Positions 38,044 through 47,338 of a stretch of DNA of 64,000 bases are shown piece after piece. Numbering within the stretch: position 1 is the stretch's first letter; every line of letters starts with the position of its first letter. The stretch is from an uncultured bacterium. GTDB taxonomy: Bacteria > Pseudomonadota > Gammaproteobacteria > Xanthomonadales > Rhodanobacteraceae. Below the pieces are notes generated by a model, which ran no database searches, was not told the origin of the DNA, and worked only from the letters and a program-made list of their open reading frames with translations. The stretch covers positions 9,571 to 73,570 of the forward strand of contig CBJLOV010000001.1 of assembly GCA_966424745.1 (NCBI GenBank), read 5' to 3'. The translations under genes and the position numbers were made by a program.

Positions 38044-38057
38044 TCAGTTGATAATAG
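38044..38057 (-). promoter_or_regulatory. copy of the TCAGTT(N)ATAATAG motif upstream of padR
   Basis: Plus strand TCAGTTGATAATAG; the minus strand reads CTATTATCAACTGA. It lies 17-30 nt upstream of the padR start. Compare 36163-36177. Confidence 0.35.
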
Positions 38058-38214
38058 CGAATGCGCCGGAAGTCATGGCCGATCCGGAAAAACCGGCCGG
38101 CGGAACGCGGAAGCGTTTCGTTTTCTTTGGCCGGCGGATGCGACAGCGCTCCCCACCGGGGCGTGCGCAGCCGCAAAGGCCGCCGCTCCACGGCGGCGGC
38201 CGCAGTCGTGAAGC

Positions 38215-40107
38215 TCAGCCTTGCAGCAGCTCGAAGCCGGCGACGAGCTCGCACATGCGCTTCACGTCTTGATCCATCGCGCGGTCGCGCTGCATGAAAC
38301 CGATGCGTTCGCGGATCTTCCCGAATGCCGCGCGCACGGCCGACCCGGCGTGGAACTCCGCGCTGGCGGCGAGCGCCGCCATCAGCTGCTTCACCTCGTC
38401 GGCGAACTGCGCATAGCTGGCGTGGTCCGGTTTCGGCGCACCGCCGATCTTGGCCGCGAGGCTCTGCCAGTCGCCGCGCGCAGCCAGATTGCGTGCGGCA
38501 TTGAGCATGTCCTGCCGGTATTCGAGCGCCTGCGCCGCGGTATACATTTCCAGAGCGAGCACGTGGCCGAGGTCGTCGATCATTTCGAGCACGTGGCGCG
38601 CTTCGTTCGTGCCCATCGAGACGTGGTCTTCGGCGTTCGCGCTGGTCGGCACCGAATACACGCTGGCCGGATGCGCACGCGTGGCGAGATCGTTGACCAG
38701 GGCCGCCGCGGTGTACTGCACGATCATGAAGCCCGAGTCGGTCGCGTCCTCGTTGCCGATCAGGAAGGCCGGCAGGCCATCGTTCGTGGCCGGATCGACG
38801 AGCTTGTTGAGACGCCGCTCGCTGATCGACGCCAGTACCGGAATCGCCGCTTTGACGTAGCTCATCGCGAGCGCGAGCGGCATGCCGTGGAAGTGGCCGG
38901 CCGAGATCACCTGGTCCTCGATCACCTTCGCGTCGGCGGCGTCGGGGAAGATCAACGGATTGTCGGTAACCGCGTTCAATTCGACATCGATCACGCGCTG
39001 CGCCTGAAAGAGCGCGTCGCGTACGGCACCGTGCACCTGCGGAATGCAGCGCAGGCTGTAGGCATCCTGGGGCTGATGTTTCTTGCCGCCCTTGAACGGC
39101 ATGAAACGTGCGTAGAACGCTTCCTTGCCGTGGCGCTGCGACGGCGGCACGTAGTCCCAACCGATGTCGAAGCGATGCGCCTGATCCGCGGAATCGCTCC
39201 ACGAATCGGCCAGCCAGGTCTTGAAGCGCGGCACGAGATGGTAAGGAATGTCGACCAGGGTCGAATCGGCCAACAATGCGCGCAGGTTCGCCGCGGTCTG
39301 CACCTGCCCCGGATGCGGACGCAGCGCGTGGACTTCGGCTTTGAACGCGGAGCCGCGCCCGGCGAACGCATCGAGCGTCATCGCCGCGGCGAGATCGGCG
39401 GTCGCGAGCAGCTTCTCCAGGGCATCGAGCGCCAGCGCGGCGCTCGCGAGCATCTGCGCCGTGCCGTTGTTGAGCGCAAGGCCTTCCTTGAACGACAGCC
39501 GCACCGGCGCCAGACCGGCGCGCTTCAGCGCTTCGGCGCCGTGCAGGCGTTCGCCGCGATAAAAGGCTTCGCCTTCGCCGAGCAGCACGATCGCCAGATG
39601 CGACAGCGGGGCCAGGTCGCCGCTCGCGCCGACCGAGCCTTTCTCCGGGATCAGCGGAATCACGTCGCGATTGAGCAGCTCGGCCAGCGCCTGCAGCGTC
39701 GCCGCGCGGATGCCCGAGTGGCCGCGCATCAGGGTATTGACGCGGATCGCCAACATCGCGCGCACGACTTCGACCGCAAGCGGCTTGCCGACGCAGACCG
39801 CGTGCGTGACGACGAGGTTATGCTGCAGTTCTTCCATCAGCGTGCCGTCGCGGCGCTCGGGGTTGCCGCCCGGCAACTCGTCGCGCACGCGGTGCGCGCC
39901 GAGCAGCTTGTCGGCATTGCTGCCGAAACCGGTCGTCACGCCGTAAATCGGCTCGCCGCGCTGCACCTGTCGAGCGAGAAAATCGGCGGTGCGCTGGACC
40001 TTGGCCAGTTGCGCCGAATCGAGCTCGACCCGGAGGCCTTGTTTTGCGATCGCGACGAGCTGAGCACGAGTCAGGTTGGAGCCGTCCAGCCGGACCACGC
40101 CGCTCAT
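38215..40107 (-). CDS. MIO-dependent aromatic amino acid ammonia-lyase/aminomutase family protein (HAL/PAL/TAL family)
   Basis: 630 aa. GVTTGFG, the MIO-forming triad in [23 protein letters not shown], and a HAL-like C-terminus. The selectivity position reads VVTHAVCVG (compare SH in HAL). Its ATG overlaps the stop of the upstream HisRS gene (ATGA at 40104-40107). Confidence 0.8.
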   Translation of the reverse strand: MSGVVRLDGSNLTRAQLVAIAKQGLRVELDSAQLAKVQRTADFLARQVQRGEPIYGVTTGFGSNADKLLGAHRVRDELPGGNPERRDGTLMEELQHNLVVTHAVCVGKPLAVEVVRAMLAIRVNTLMRGHSGIRAATLQALAELLNRDVIPLIPEKGSVGASGDLAPLSHLAIVLLGEGEAFYRGERLHGAEALKRAGLAPVRLSFKEGLALNNGTAQMLASAALALDALEKLLATADLAAAMTLDAFAGRGSAFKAEVHALRPHPGQVQTAANLRALLADSTLVDIPYHLVPRFKTWLADSWSDSADQAHRFDIGWDYVPPSQRHGKEAFYARFMPFKGGKKHQPQDAYSLRCIPQVHGAVRDALFQAQRVIDVELNAVTDNPLIFPDAADAKVIEDQVISAGHFHGMPLALAMSYVKAAIPVLASISERRLNKLVDPATNDGLPAFLIGNEDATDSGFMIVQYTAAALVNDLATRAHPASVYSVPTSANAEDHVSMGTNEARHVLEMIDDLGHVLALEMYTAAQALEYRQDMLNAARNLAARGDWQSLAAKIGGAPKPDHASYAQFADEVKQLMAALAASAEFHAGSAVRAAFGKIRERIGFMQRDRAMDQDVKRMCELVAGFELLQG

Positions 40108-41495
40108 ATCTTCATCGCCTCGGCCTGCTCGAGCTCCACGCGCAACGTGCGCACCAGCTCGCTGCGCGAGACCTCGAACTGGTCTTCCTTGCGCAGATCC
40201 TTCACCGTCACCGTGCCCTTGCTGATCTCATCGGAACCGAGCACGACGACGAAACGGATGCCGGCGCGGTCGGCGTACTTGAACTGCCTGCCGAGCTTGC
40301 CGCCGTCGAGCACGACCTCGGTCGGAATGCCGCCGTTGCGCAATTGCGTCGCCAGTTCGAGATAGGCGGGCAGTTGCGCCTCGTCCATCTGGGTGACGAG
40401 CACTTTGACCGTCGACTGCGCGGTATCGATCAGCTTCGCTTCGCGCAGCTGATAGAACAAGCGCGTGGCGCCGATCGAGATGCCGACGCCGGGCAGATGC
40501 GACTTGGTGTAGTTCTCCGCCAGATTCTCGTAGCGGCCACCCGAACAGATCGAGCCGATCTGCGGGTGTTCGTTGAGCGTGGTCTCGTAGACCGAGCCCG
40601 TGTAGTAGTCGAGCCCGCGCGCGATCGAAAGGTTGATCGCGTAATGCGTCTCCGGCACGCCGAAGGCGCGGATCAGGGTAAGCACTTCGCGCAATTCGGC
40701 GATGCCTTGGTTGAAGACCTCCGTGCCCTGCCCGAGCGCGTCGAGCTTGGCCAGCGCATCGGCATGGCCGTGCGAGCGGATCTGCACGAAATCGAGAATT
40801 TTCTTTGCCGCTTCCGCCGACAAGCCGAAATCTCCGCCCATCAGGGTCTCGCGCACGTAGTCGGCACCGCGCTTGTCGAGCTTGTCCACCTCGCGCAGTG
40901 CCAGCGCTTGCCTTTCCGTGTCGGCGATGCCGAGGCCTTCGAAGAAGCCGCGCATGATCTTGCGGTTGTTCATCCAGATCGTGAACGGCCCGATCTTCAG
41001 ATCGCGGAAGACGCTGTAGATGACGGCGGGGATCTCCGCGTCGTAGCGGATCGACAGCGCGTCCTTGCCGATCACGTCGATGTCGCATTGGTAGAACTCG
41101 CGGAAGCGCCCGCGCTGCGCCCGCTCGCCGCGATAGACGCGTTGCATCTGGTAGCGGCGGAACGGGAAGCTCAGATCGTGCTCGTGCTCGGCGACGTAGC
41201 GCGCGAGCGGAACGGTCAGGTCGAAGCGCAGCGCGAGTTCCGGCATCTTGCCGGCGTCCTTGTCCGCGGCAGCAAGCGCCCCGGTGGACTGGACGAAATA
41301 GACCTGCCGCTCGGTCTCGCCGCCCGACTTGGTCAGCAGCACGTCGGAGTACTCGATCACCGGCGTTTCGATCGGCAGAAAGCCGAAGCGTTCGTAATTG
41401 CGCCGGATCGTGTCGAGCATGTCGGCGAACGCGATCTGATCGAGCGGCAGCAGTTCCATCACACCGGGCATGGTGCGGGCTTGGGTCAACGGCAT
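40104..41495 (-). CDS. hisS: histidine--tRNA ligase (class II aaRS) with an archaeal/eukaryote-like motif 2
   Basis: 463 aa. Motif 2 is [32 protein letters not shown]. The HisA/HisB-type regions (GGRY, ISIG) are present. A full C-terminal anticodon-binding domain is present, so it is not HisZ. AAGGA lies upstream of the ATG. Confidence 0.8.
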   Translation of the reverse strand: MPLTQARTMPGVMELLPLDQIAFADMLDTIRRNYERFGFLPIETPVIEYSDVLLTKSGGETERQVYFVQSTGALAAADKDAGKMPELALRFDLTVPLARYVAEHEHDLSFPFRRYQMQRVYRGERAQRGRFREFYQCDIDVIGKDALSIRYDAEIPAVIYSVFRDLKIGPFTIWMNNRKIMRGFFEGLGIADTERQALALREVDKLDKRGADYVRETLMGGDFGLSAEAAKKILDFVQIRSHGHADALAKLDALGQGTEVFNQGIAELREVLTLIRAFGVPETHYAINLSIARGLDYYTGSVYETTLNEHPQIGSICSGGRYENLAENYTKSHLPGVGISIGATRLFYQLREAKLIDTAQSTVKVLVTQMDEAQLPAYLELATQLRNGGIPTEVVLDGGKLGRQFKYADRAGIRFVVVLGSDEISKGTVTVKDLRKEDQFEVSRSELVRTLRVELEQAEAMKI

Positions 41496-41596
41496 GGATG
41501 TCCTTACGCGAAATCGCGGCGAAACGCCGCGTAGGCGCGCATTTTATCATGCCGCGGCACAGCGGCCGGCGGAGCCTCGGCGGGCCGGGCGCGGAC

Positions 41597-42430
41597 TTAT
41601 AGCGTCTTGCCGATCACCTCGTCCCTGAGCTTGAAGCGCGAGTCGAGGCTCAGCGCCTCGCCGTCGCCGAGGGCGGCGACCTGCTGATCGAGTCCCGGAT
41701 TCTCTTCGCGCAGCCAGGGCACCGGCTGGACCGGGCCGAGGAAGAATCGCCGCCAACGGTCGTTCGACTGCGGCGCGCACGGCATCGCGCATACGGAAAA
41801 TTCGAGCGGCATCAGCACGGAAGCGCCGATCGGTTTGCCGTCGACCTCTTCGCCCGGATTGAAATGCCAGTGCGTTGCCGCGCCGAGGGCCGCCTCTTCG
41901 AGCAAGCGGCGATAGCGCTGCGCGTCCCCTGCGGTGAAATCGTCGCGGTCGAGGCCCGACTGATACGGCAGAGCCTCAATGACGTCGCCGGATTCATCGA
42001 CGCGCAGCGCGAGCGTGACCTTGCCTCCGGTGTGGGCGCGCACCAGCTCCCTGGGATAGCGCGGCGGTTTGACGCCGGCGAGACGCTTGGGGGCGCCAAA
42101 GATTACATGGGTGATGCGCAATAGGTAGTCGCCCTTGCCTTCGACCGGCTCGGCCTTGAGACCCATGTTCAGCGTGGTCCTTGCGGCGACGGCCTTGCCG
42201 TCGACCAGGATGGGCTCGAACACCCAGCCGCGAACCGCGCGGTCGATCACCTTGGCGATCGCGGGCACCAATTTACTGTCGAGACGATAGTCGCCGACAT
42301 GCCCGTCGGGCTCGATCCGGACTTCGCCGACGGCGTTCATCTCCAGCACCGGCGAAGGCTTTTCCGCGGCTGCCGTCGACGCACCGAGCACCGCCAGCAG
42401 GGAAGCGAGCAGCCAATTGCGTAGATTCAT
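41597..42430 (-). CDS. secreted TonB C-terminal-domain protein
   Basis: Signal peptide MNLRNWLLASLLAVLGASTAAA from ATG 42428-42430. The TonB_C-like block is PPRYPRELVRAHTGGKVTLALRVDESGDV. There is no N-terminal TM or Pro-rich spacer of a canonical TonB. Confidence 0.55.
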   Translation of the reverse strand: MNLRNWLLASLLAVLGASTAAAEKPSPVLEMNAVGEVRIEPDGHVGDYRLDSKLVPAIAKVIDRAVRGWVFEPILVDGKAVAARTTLNMGLKAEPVEGKGDYLLRITHVIFGAPKRLAGVKPPRYPRELVRAHTGGKVTLALRVDESGDVIEALPYQSGLDRDDFTAGDAQRYRRLLEEAALGAATHWHFNPGEEVDGKPIGASVLMPLEFSVCAMPCAPQSNDRWRRFFLGPVQPVPWLREENPGLDQQVAALGDGEALSLDSRFKLRDEVIGKTL

Positions 42431-42516
42431 CCGTGTCTCCGCGAATGGGGAACTGGGCGGCCGTTGGATAAAAAACAGCAGGCGCAGTTCAAGCTTGCCT
42501 ATGTATTTATTTTCCT

Positions 42517-43740
42517 TCAATACCCTCCCTGCTTGCCGATCTTGTATTCCAGTGTCAGCCAGAACGCGCGTTCGGACGATCCGAAGGTATTGCGATGGTA
42601 GTCGGCGTAGTCGAGCTCGATGCTCAGGTCCTTGCGCAGCGCATAGTTGACCATCGCATTGAGTTCCGAACCGTAGCGCTGGTTCGCATGCTCGGCAAAG
42701 AAGTTGTGCCAGGTCACGCTCCAGGTCAGGCGCGGGTCGAGTTTGCCGAACGCCGCGACATAGCGATCTTCGAGCCCGTTCGCCGGCGTGTTCTTGAACT
42801 GGCTCGTCCAGCCGTCGAAGCCGTGATTCGATCCGTACGGCGAGGAAAACGCATATTTGCCATTGCCGCCGAGGACTTCATCGCCGAGCTTCAAGCTGGC
42901 CCAACTGAAGCCGTAGCTCAGTTCGAGCATGCGGTAGTCCGCGGAATAATGCTGCGGGTTGTTGCGCCAGCTGTTCTGGCGCGCACCTTCGACCGTCCAG
43001 CCGAGCGCGGCGCCGCCGCTTTCGAACGGATATTTGCCGGTCCAGCGCAACCCGGAAGTCCGCCAGGAGTATTTCGCGTTCGTGTCGTTCTCGACGAAGT
43101 AGCCGTAGCCTGCCAGCGTGCCGAGCGGCAGTTTCTGGTCGACATGGATCAGATTCGCGTCGAGCTGCCATTCGCGCTGATTGGGATCGGGATAGTCGTG
43201 GCCGACCGAACGCTGCGCTTCGTCGAGATAGAAGTACTTGATCGTCGTCCCCGTATCCAACTTGAGCGCGGCGGCGACGGCATCGAAGGACTGCGGGTTC
43301 TGCCGCCAGAGCCCGGGGGTGAAGAAACGGTCATTGTCGAGGCTGACATACTGCCGGCCGAGACGGGTCGACGCCGTGCCGTTGTCCCAGGCGACCCAGG
43401 CGCTCGACACCTCGCTCGAGGGCGGATCGCCTTCGGAAGGCAGACGCGTATTGCCGTTCGCGCCGGTGTTGTAGTGCTCGCCGAAGACCGTGAAGACGCG
43501 CGTGCCTTCCGCGTAGGCGCTCCACTGCGGCGCAAACTGCCAGAGATAGCCCAGGGTGAAGCGCACCGTGTTCGCATTGGCCGGCTTTGCGTAGCCGGCC
43601 TGGTCGATGTGGGCCCAGCGGTAGCGCAGGTCGACGACCAGTCCGTCGGGCGGATATTCCAACGCGTTTGCCGCCCCCGCAAACGCCAGTCCCGCCCCCG
43701 CGAGACTTCTCGCCAGCGCGCCCCTGAAACTCTGCCTCAT
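42517..43740 (-). CDS. outer-membrane beta-barrel protein (alginate-export/porin-like family)
   Basis: Signal peptide ...AGLAFAGAANA, an alternating beta-strand pattern, and the motif WRQNPQSFDA. It ends in an aromatic residue (Y). Family assignment is tentative. Confidence 0.5.
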   Translation of the reverse strand: MRQSFRGALARSLAGAGLAFAGAANALEYPPDGLVVDLRYRWAHIDQAGYAKPANANTVRFTLGYLWQFAPQWSAYAEGTRVFTVFGEHYNTGANGNTRLPSEGDPPSSEVSSAWVAWDNGTASTRLGRQYVSLDNDRFFTPGLWRQNPQSFDAVAAALKLDTGTTIKYFYLDEAQRSVGHDYPDPNQREWQLDANLIHVDQKLPLGTLAGYGYFVENDTNAKYSWRTSGLRWTGKYPFESGGAALGWTVEGARQNSWRNNPQHYSADYRMLELSYGFSWASLKLGDEVLGGNGKYAFSSPYGSNHGFDGWTSQFKNTPANGLEDRYVAAFGKLDPRLTWSVTWHNFFAEHANQRYGSELNAMVNYALRKDLSIELDYADYHRNTFGSSERAFWLTLEYKIGKQGGY

Positions 43741-44031
43741 TCGATGTTCCCCGCAACGGATTCAAGGCGACGATAGATGGCGCTCCTCATTACGCCAAGT
43801 AATAGCTCAGCATGTTCTTATACCGCACCGCAGCGAGCCTCCGCGTCGCTGTCATCCGAACGTCAAAATGCGCGTCGCAAGATATTCGACTTTGGTACTA
43901 GCCGATCCGAACTGTACGCTCCGAACAAAACGTTTAAGCTCCGCAGCGGATGCCGCACGCGTCGGCGACCATGGCCGCGGCGTTTCCAAGCTCGTCATTC
44001 CTGTCCGCTCACTTTTTCGAGAAGGTGATCC

Positions 44032-45420
44032 ATGAGCTTTCTAATCTGCCTTGCTGCACTCGCATTTCTGATGTTCGTGGCCTACCGCGGCTACAGCGTC
44101 ATCCTGTTCGCCCCGGTCGCCGCGCTCGGCGCCGTGCTGTTGACCGATCCGTCCGCGGTCGCGCCGATCTTCACCGGTCTGTTCATGGACAAGATGGTGG
44201 GCTTCGTCAAGAACTACTTCCCCGTGTTCCTGCTCGGCGCCGTGTTCGGCAAGGTCATCGAACTGTCCGGTTTCTCCAAGTCGATCGTCTCCGCCGTGAT
44301 CGGCCTGATCGGCAGCGGGCGGGCGGTCATCGCGATCGTGTTGGTCTGCGCCCTGCTTACCTACGGCGGCGTATCGCTGTTCGTCGTCGTCTTCGCGGTC
44401 TATCCGTTCGCGGTCGAGATGTTCAAGCAGAGCGACATCCCGAAGCGCCTGATTCCCGGCACGATCGCGCTCGGTGCGTTCACCTTCACGATGGATTCGC
44501 TGCCGGGCACGCCGCAGATCCAGAACATCATTCCGACCACGTTCTTCAAAACCGACGTCTACGCCGCACCGCTGCTCGGCATCATCGGCGGCGTCTTCAT
44601 CTTCATCTGCGGCATCGCCTACCTGGAATGGCGCCGCCGCACCGCGCTCGCCGCGGGCGAAGGCTACGGTACCGGGCACACGAACGAGCCCGAGCCGGTC
44701 GCCGGCTCGCTGGTCAATCCCTGGATCGCGATCCTGCCGCTTGTCGCAGTCGGCGTGGTCAACTACCTCCTCACCACCTTGATCAAGGCCAACTACGGCA
44801 AGACCTACGACGTCGCCATGCCCGGCCTCGCCAAACCGCTCAGCGTCGACGTGCCTCCGGTCGTCGCGATCTGGGCGGTCGAGGGGGCGCTGTTGATCGG
44901 CATCCTGATCGTCTTCGTGTTCGGCTTTCAGCAGCTCAAGGCGAAATTCGCCGAAGGCAGCAAGTCGGCGATCGCGGGAGCCCTGCTGGCCTCGATGAAT
45001 ACCGCCTCCGAATACGGCTTCGGCGCGGTGATCGCGGCGCTGCCCGGCTTCATCGTCATTCGCGACGCGCTGAAAGCGATACCGAATCCGCTGGTCAACG
45101 AAGCGATCTCGGTGACGACGCTGGCCGGCATCACCGGTTCCGCTTCGGGCGGCATGTCGATCGCCCTCGCCGCGATGGCCAACGATTTCATCGCGGCCGC
45201 GAACGCCGCGGGCATCTCGCCCGAGGTTCTGCATCGCGTCGCCGCGATGGCGTCCGGCGGCATGGACACGCTGCCGCACAACGGCGCGGTGATCACCCTG
45301 CTCGCCGTGTGCGGACTGACGCACAAGCAGTCGTACAAGGACATTTTCGCGATCACCTGCCTGAAGACGCTCGCGGTGTTCGTCGTGATCGCGGTGTATT
45401 ACCTCACCGGCATTCACTGA
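44032..45420 (+). CDS. GntP family permease (gluconate/hydroxy-acid:H+ symporter family)
   Basis: 462 aa, about 12 TM helices. The N-terminus MSFLICLAALAFLMFVAYRGYSVILFAP and the block GTIALGAFTFTMDSLPGTPQIQN are typical of the GntP/DsdX family. GAAGGTG RBS upstream. Confidence 0.75.
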   Translation: MSFLICLAALAFLMFVAYRGYSVILFAPVAALGAVLLTDPSAVAPIFTGLFMDKMVGFVKNYFPVFLLGAVFGKVIELSGFSKSIVSAVIGLIGSGRAVIAIVLVCALLTYGGVSLFVVVFAVYPFAVEMFKQSDIPKRLIPGTIALGAFTFTMDSLPGTPQIQNIIPTTFFKTDVYAAPLLGIIGGVFIFICGIAYLEWRRRTALAAGEGYGTGHTNEPEPVAGSLVNPWIAILPLVAVGVVNYLLTTLIKANYGKTYDVAMPGLAKPLSVDVPPVVAIWAVEGALLIGILIVFVFGFQQLKAKFAEGSKSAIAGALLASMNTASEYGFGAVIAALPGFIVIRDALKAIPNPLVNEAISVTTLAGITGSASGGMSIALAAMANDFIAAANAAGISPEVLHRVAAMASGGMDTLPHNGAVITLLAVCGLTHKQSYKDIFAITCLKTLAVFVVIAVYYLTGIH

Positions 45421-45425
45421 CCCGC

Positions 45426-45586
45426 ACGGACAAGTACGGACAAGATCAAAAGACTGAACCGCCAGGGACACGCGGAGACTCGGAAAAAGATCCGGTTTTT
45501 TTGCCGGTTCGCGTTCCTGGTTTTTCTTCTTGCCCCCTGATCGAGTCGGGGCAGGCCCTGTGCCGGATCTTTTGATCTTGTCCCGT
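45426..45586. repeat. about 160-bp element bounded by terminal inverted repeats (MITE/REP-like)
   Basis: Left arm ACGGACAAGATCAAAAGA (45436-45453), with ACGGACAAG also at 45426. Right arm TCTTTTGATCTTGTCCCGT (45568-45586), with 18 of 19 positions complementary. The interior is T-tract rich. It starts 6 nt after the GntP stop. Confidence 0.45.
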
Positions 45587-45632
45587 CGACAGCACGCGCC
45601 GTCCCATCTCGATCAGCCGCAGCGGATCAAAG

Positions 45633-45662
45633 AAAAAGGCCGGGATTTCTCCCGGCCTTTTT
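45633..45662. terminator. bidirectional rho-independent terminator
   Basis: AAAAA, GGCCGGGA, TTTC, TCCCGGCC, TTTTT. It sits between the convergent GntP and porin genes. Confidence 0.85.
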
Positions 45663-45687
45663 CAAGGGCGCATATTTTCTGGTTTGC

Positions 45688-47109
45688 TCAGAACTGGAAG
45701 CGGAAACCCGCCATGACGTTGGTGTTCGAGTTGTGCAGATAGCCGTTGGACAGGCCGTCCGAAACCTTCGAGTACATGACGCCGGCGTAGGTGTCGAAAC
45801 GCTTGGTGAAGCGGTAGTCGGCGACGAGCGAGAAGGCGTCCATGCTGCCGCTGCACTGGCTGGCGCTGTTGTTCGAACACGGCGCACGCACGACGACGCC
45901 GGCCGAGTTCTTCGCCGAGTGGTAGTCGTTCTGATCGTAGTGGTAGTACGCGCCGGACAGGCTCCACTGGGTATTCAGCTGGTACTTCGCGCCGAGCCAG
46001 GAAACCTGCAGGACCTTGTCGAACGCATAGGCATTGTTGTTGGTTACGCTGACCAGGTAGCCGCCGAGACCGTCGAAGCCCGCCGCGAGCGGGTTGGAGG
46101 GATTGGAATAGGTGATGCGCTCGTATCCGCCCATGAACTTCCACTGGTCGTCGAACTTGTAGCTCGCCGCGAGCGTCCAGGACTCGTTGTCGGAGATCGT
46201 CGCCGCGACCGAGTCGTGCGGCAGACCGCAGTTCGTCGACGCCGGTGTCAAACATGGACCAATCTGCGCCGCACTCAACGAAGCCGCTGCGATCGACGTG
46301 TTCTTGAACGCGTACACCACATCGGCCGAGAAACCGGCGAAATCGGCACCGGCCGAAACCTGGCCGCCGTCGCCCGGGCTGCCGTCGTTCTTGCCGAACT
46401 GCCACATTCCGCCGACGCGGAAGTTTTCGTACATGTAGTTGTACTTCACCGAATTGTCCGCGCGCACGTTCTCGGTGTTGCCGCCGCCGGCGGTGGCGCC
46501 GGAGTAGCCGATCACGGAGAACGCATACGAACCGCCCTGCGGGTCGTATTTGCCGATCACGTCGGCGAGCGGCGTGTTGTGGCGGCCGAGCGTCAGCGTA
46601 CCGAATTGCTTCGAGCTCAAGCCGCCGAAAGCGGGGCCGTTGAAGAGCTGGCCCGCGCGGCTGCCGTCGGCACCGGTCTTCTGGTCCACGAGCGCCTTGC
46701 CGTTGTTGTGGGTCAGCGAGGCCACCGCGTCGGAAAGCTTGCCCGAGGTCGGGTTGAAGCCGACTTCGAGGTTGAATACGAAGTTCAGATCGTCGGCGAC
46801 CTTTTCCGTACCCTTCAGGCCGACCTTGGACTGGCTCAGGCCGTTCGGCGCCACCGACGTGGTCGCCTTGTTGCCGTTCTTGCTGACGAAATAGTCGAGG
46901 CCGACGTACAGATCCTGGCTCAGCGGAGCGCCATGGCTCTGATAGGCCACACCGACGTCGACGGTGCCGTACAAGGTGACGCCATTCCAGGTCAGGCTGC
47001 TGTCATCCGCCGCCGAAGCGTTGACGGACATCGCCAGACCGGCGAGTACCGCCGCGCAAAGCACGGATTTTTTCGCGGCCGCGGCCGCGCGCTTGCTGTA
47101 GTGCTGCAT
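45688..47109 (-). CDS. Gram-negative trimeric-type porin (OmpC/Omp32-like family)
   Basis: Signal peptide ...LAMSVNASAADD, N-terminal VTLYGTVDVGVAYQSHG, and C-terminal VMAGFRFQF. Start at ATG 47107-47109. Confidence 0.85.
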   Translation of the reverse strand: MQHYSKRAAAAAKKSVLCAAVLAGLAMSVNASAADDSSLTWNGVTLYGTVDVGVAYQSHGAPLSQDLYVGLDYFVSKNGNKATTSVAPNGLSQSKVGLKGTEKVADDLNFVFNLEVGFNPTSGKLSDAVASLTHNNGKALVDQKTGADGSRAGQLFNGPAFGGLSSKQFGTLTLGRHNTPLADVIGKYDPQGGSYAFSVIGYSGATAGGGNTENVRADNSVKYNYMYENFRVGGMWQFGKNDGSPGDGGQVSAGADFAGFSADVVYAFKNTSIAAASLSAAQIGPCLTPASTNCGLPHDSVAATISDNESWTLAASYKFDDQWKFMGGYERITYSNPSNPLAAGFDGLGGYLVSVTNNNAYAFDKVLQVSWLGAKYQLNTQWSLSGAYYHYDQNDYHSAKNSAGVVVRAPCSNNSASQCSGSMDAFSLVADYRFTKRFDTYAGVMYSKVSDGLSNGYLHNSNTNVMAGFRFQF

Positions 47110-47338
47110 AGGACACCTCGGGGTGTAGGAGTGGAAAGGCTGAGGTCTGTTGTGGCTGCGTGCACGCTGCGGACACACGGCTCCCTCGATTGCGCGCATG
47201 TTAAAAATCCATTGTTACAATTATTTGACAGCGGCAATGTTTCCAGCCGCGGCGCCGCGCACCAATTGGACTTAGGTACCAGACCTAGGTGATTGATCAA
47301 CAAGCTGAATTTTGAGAATACGCGTTCCTGCGCCGCGG

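Noticed and set aside
42431-42520. TTG-initiated 30-aa extension of the TonB_C-domain protein, overlapping the OMP stop
   Set aside because: The extension (KENKYIGKLELRLLFFIQRPP...) precedes a canonical signal peptide that begins at ATG 42430. Starting at the ATG gives a normal secreted protein.
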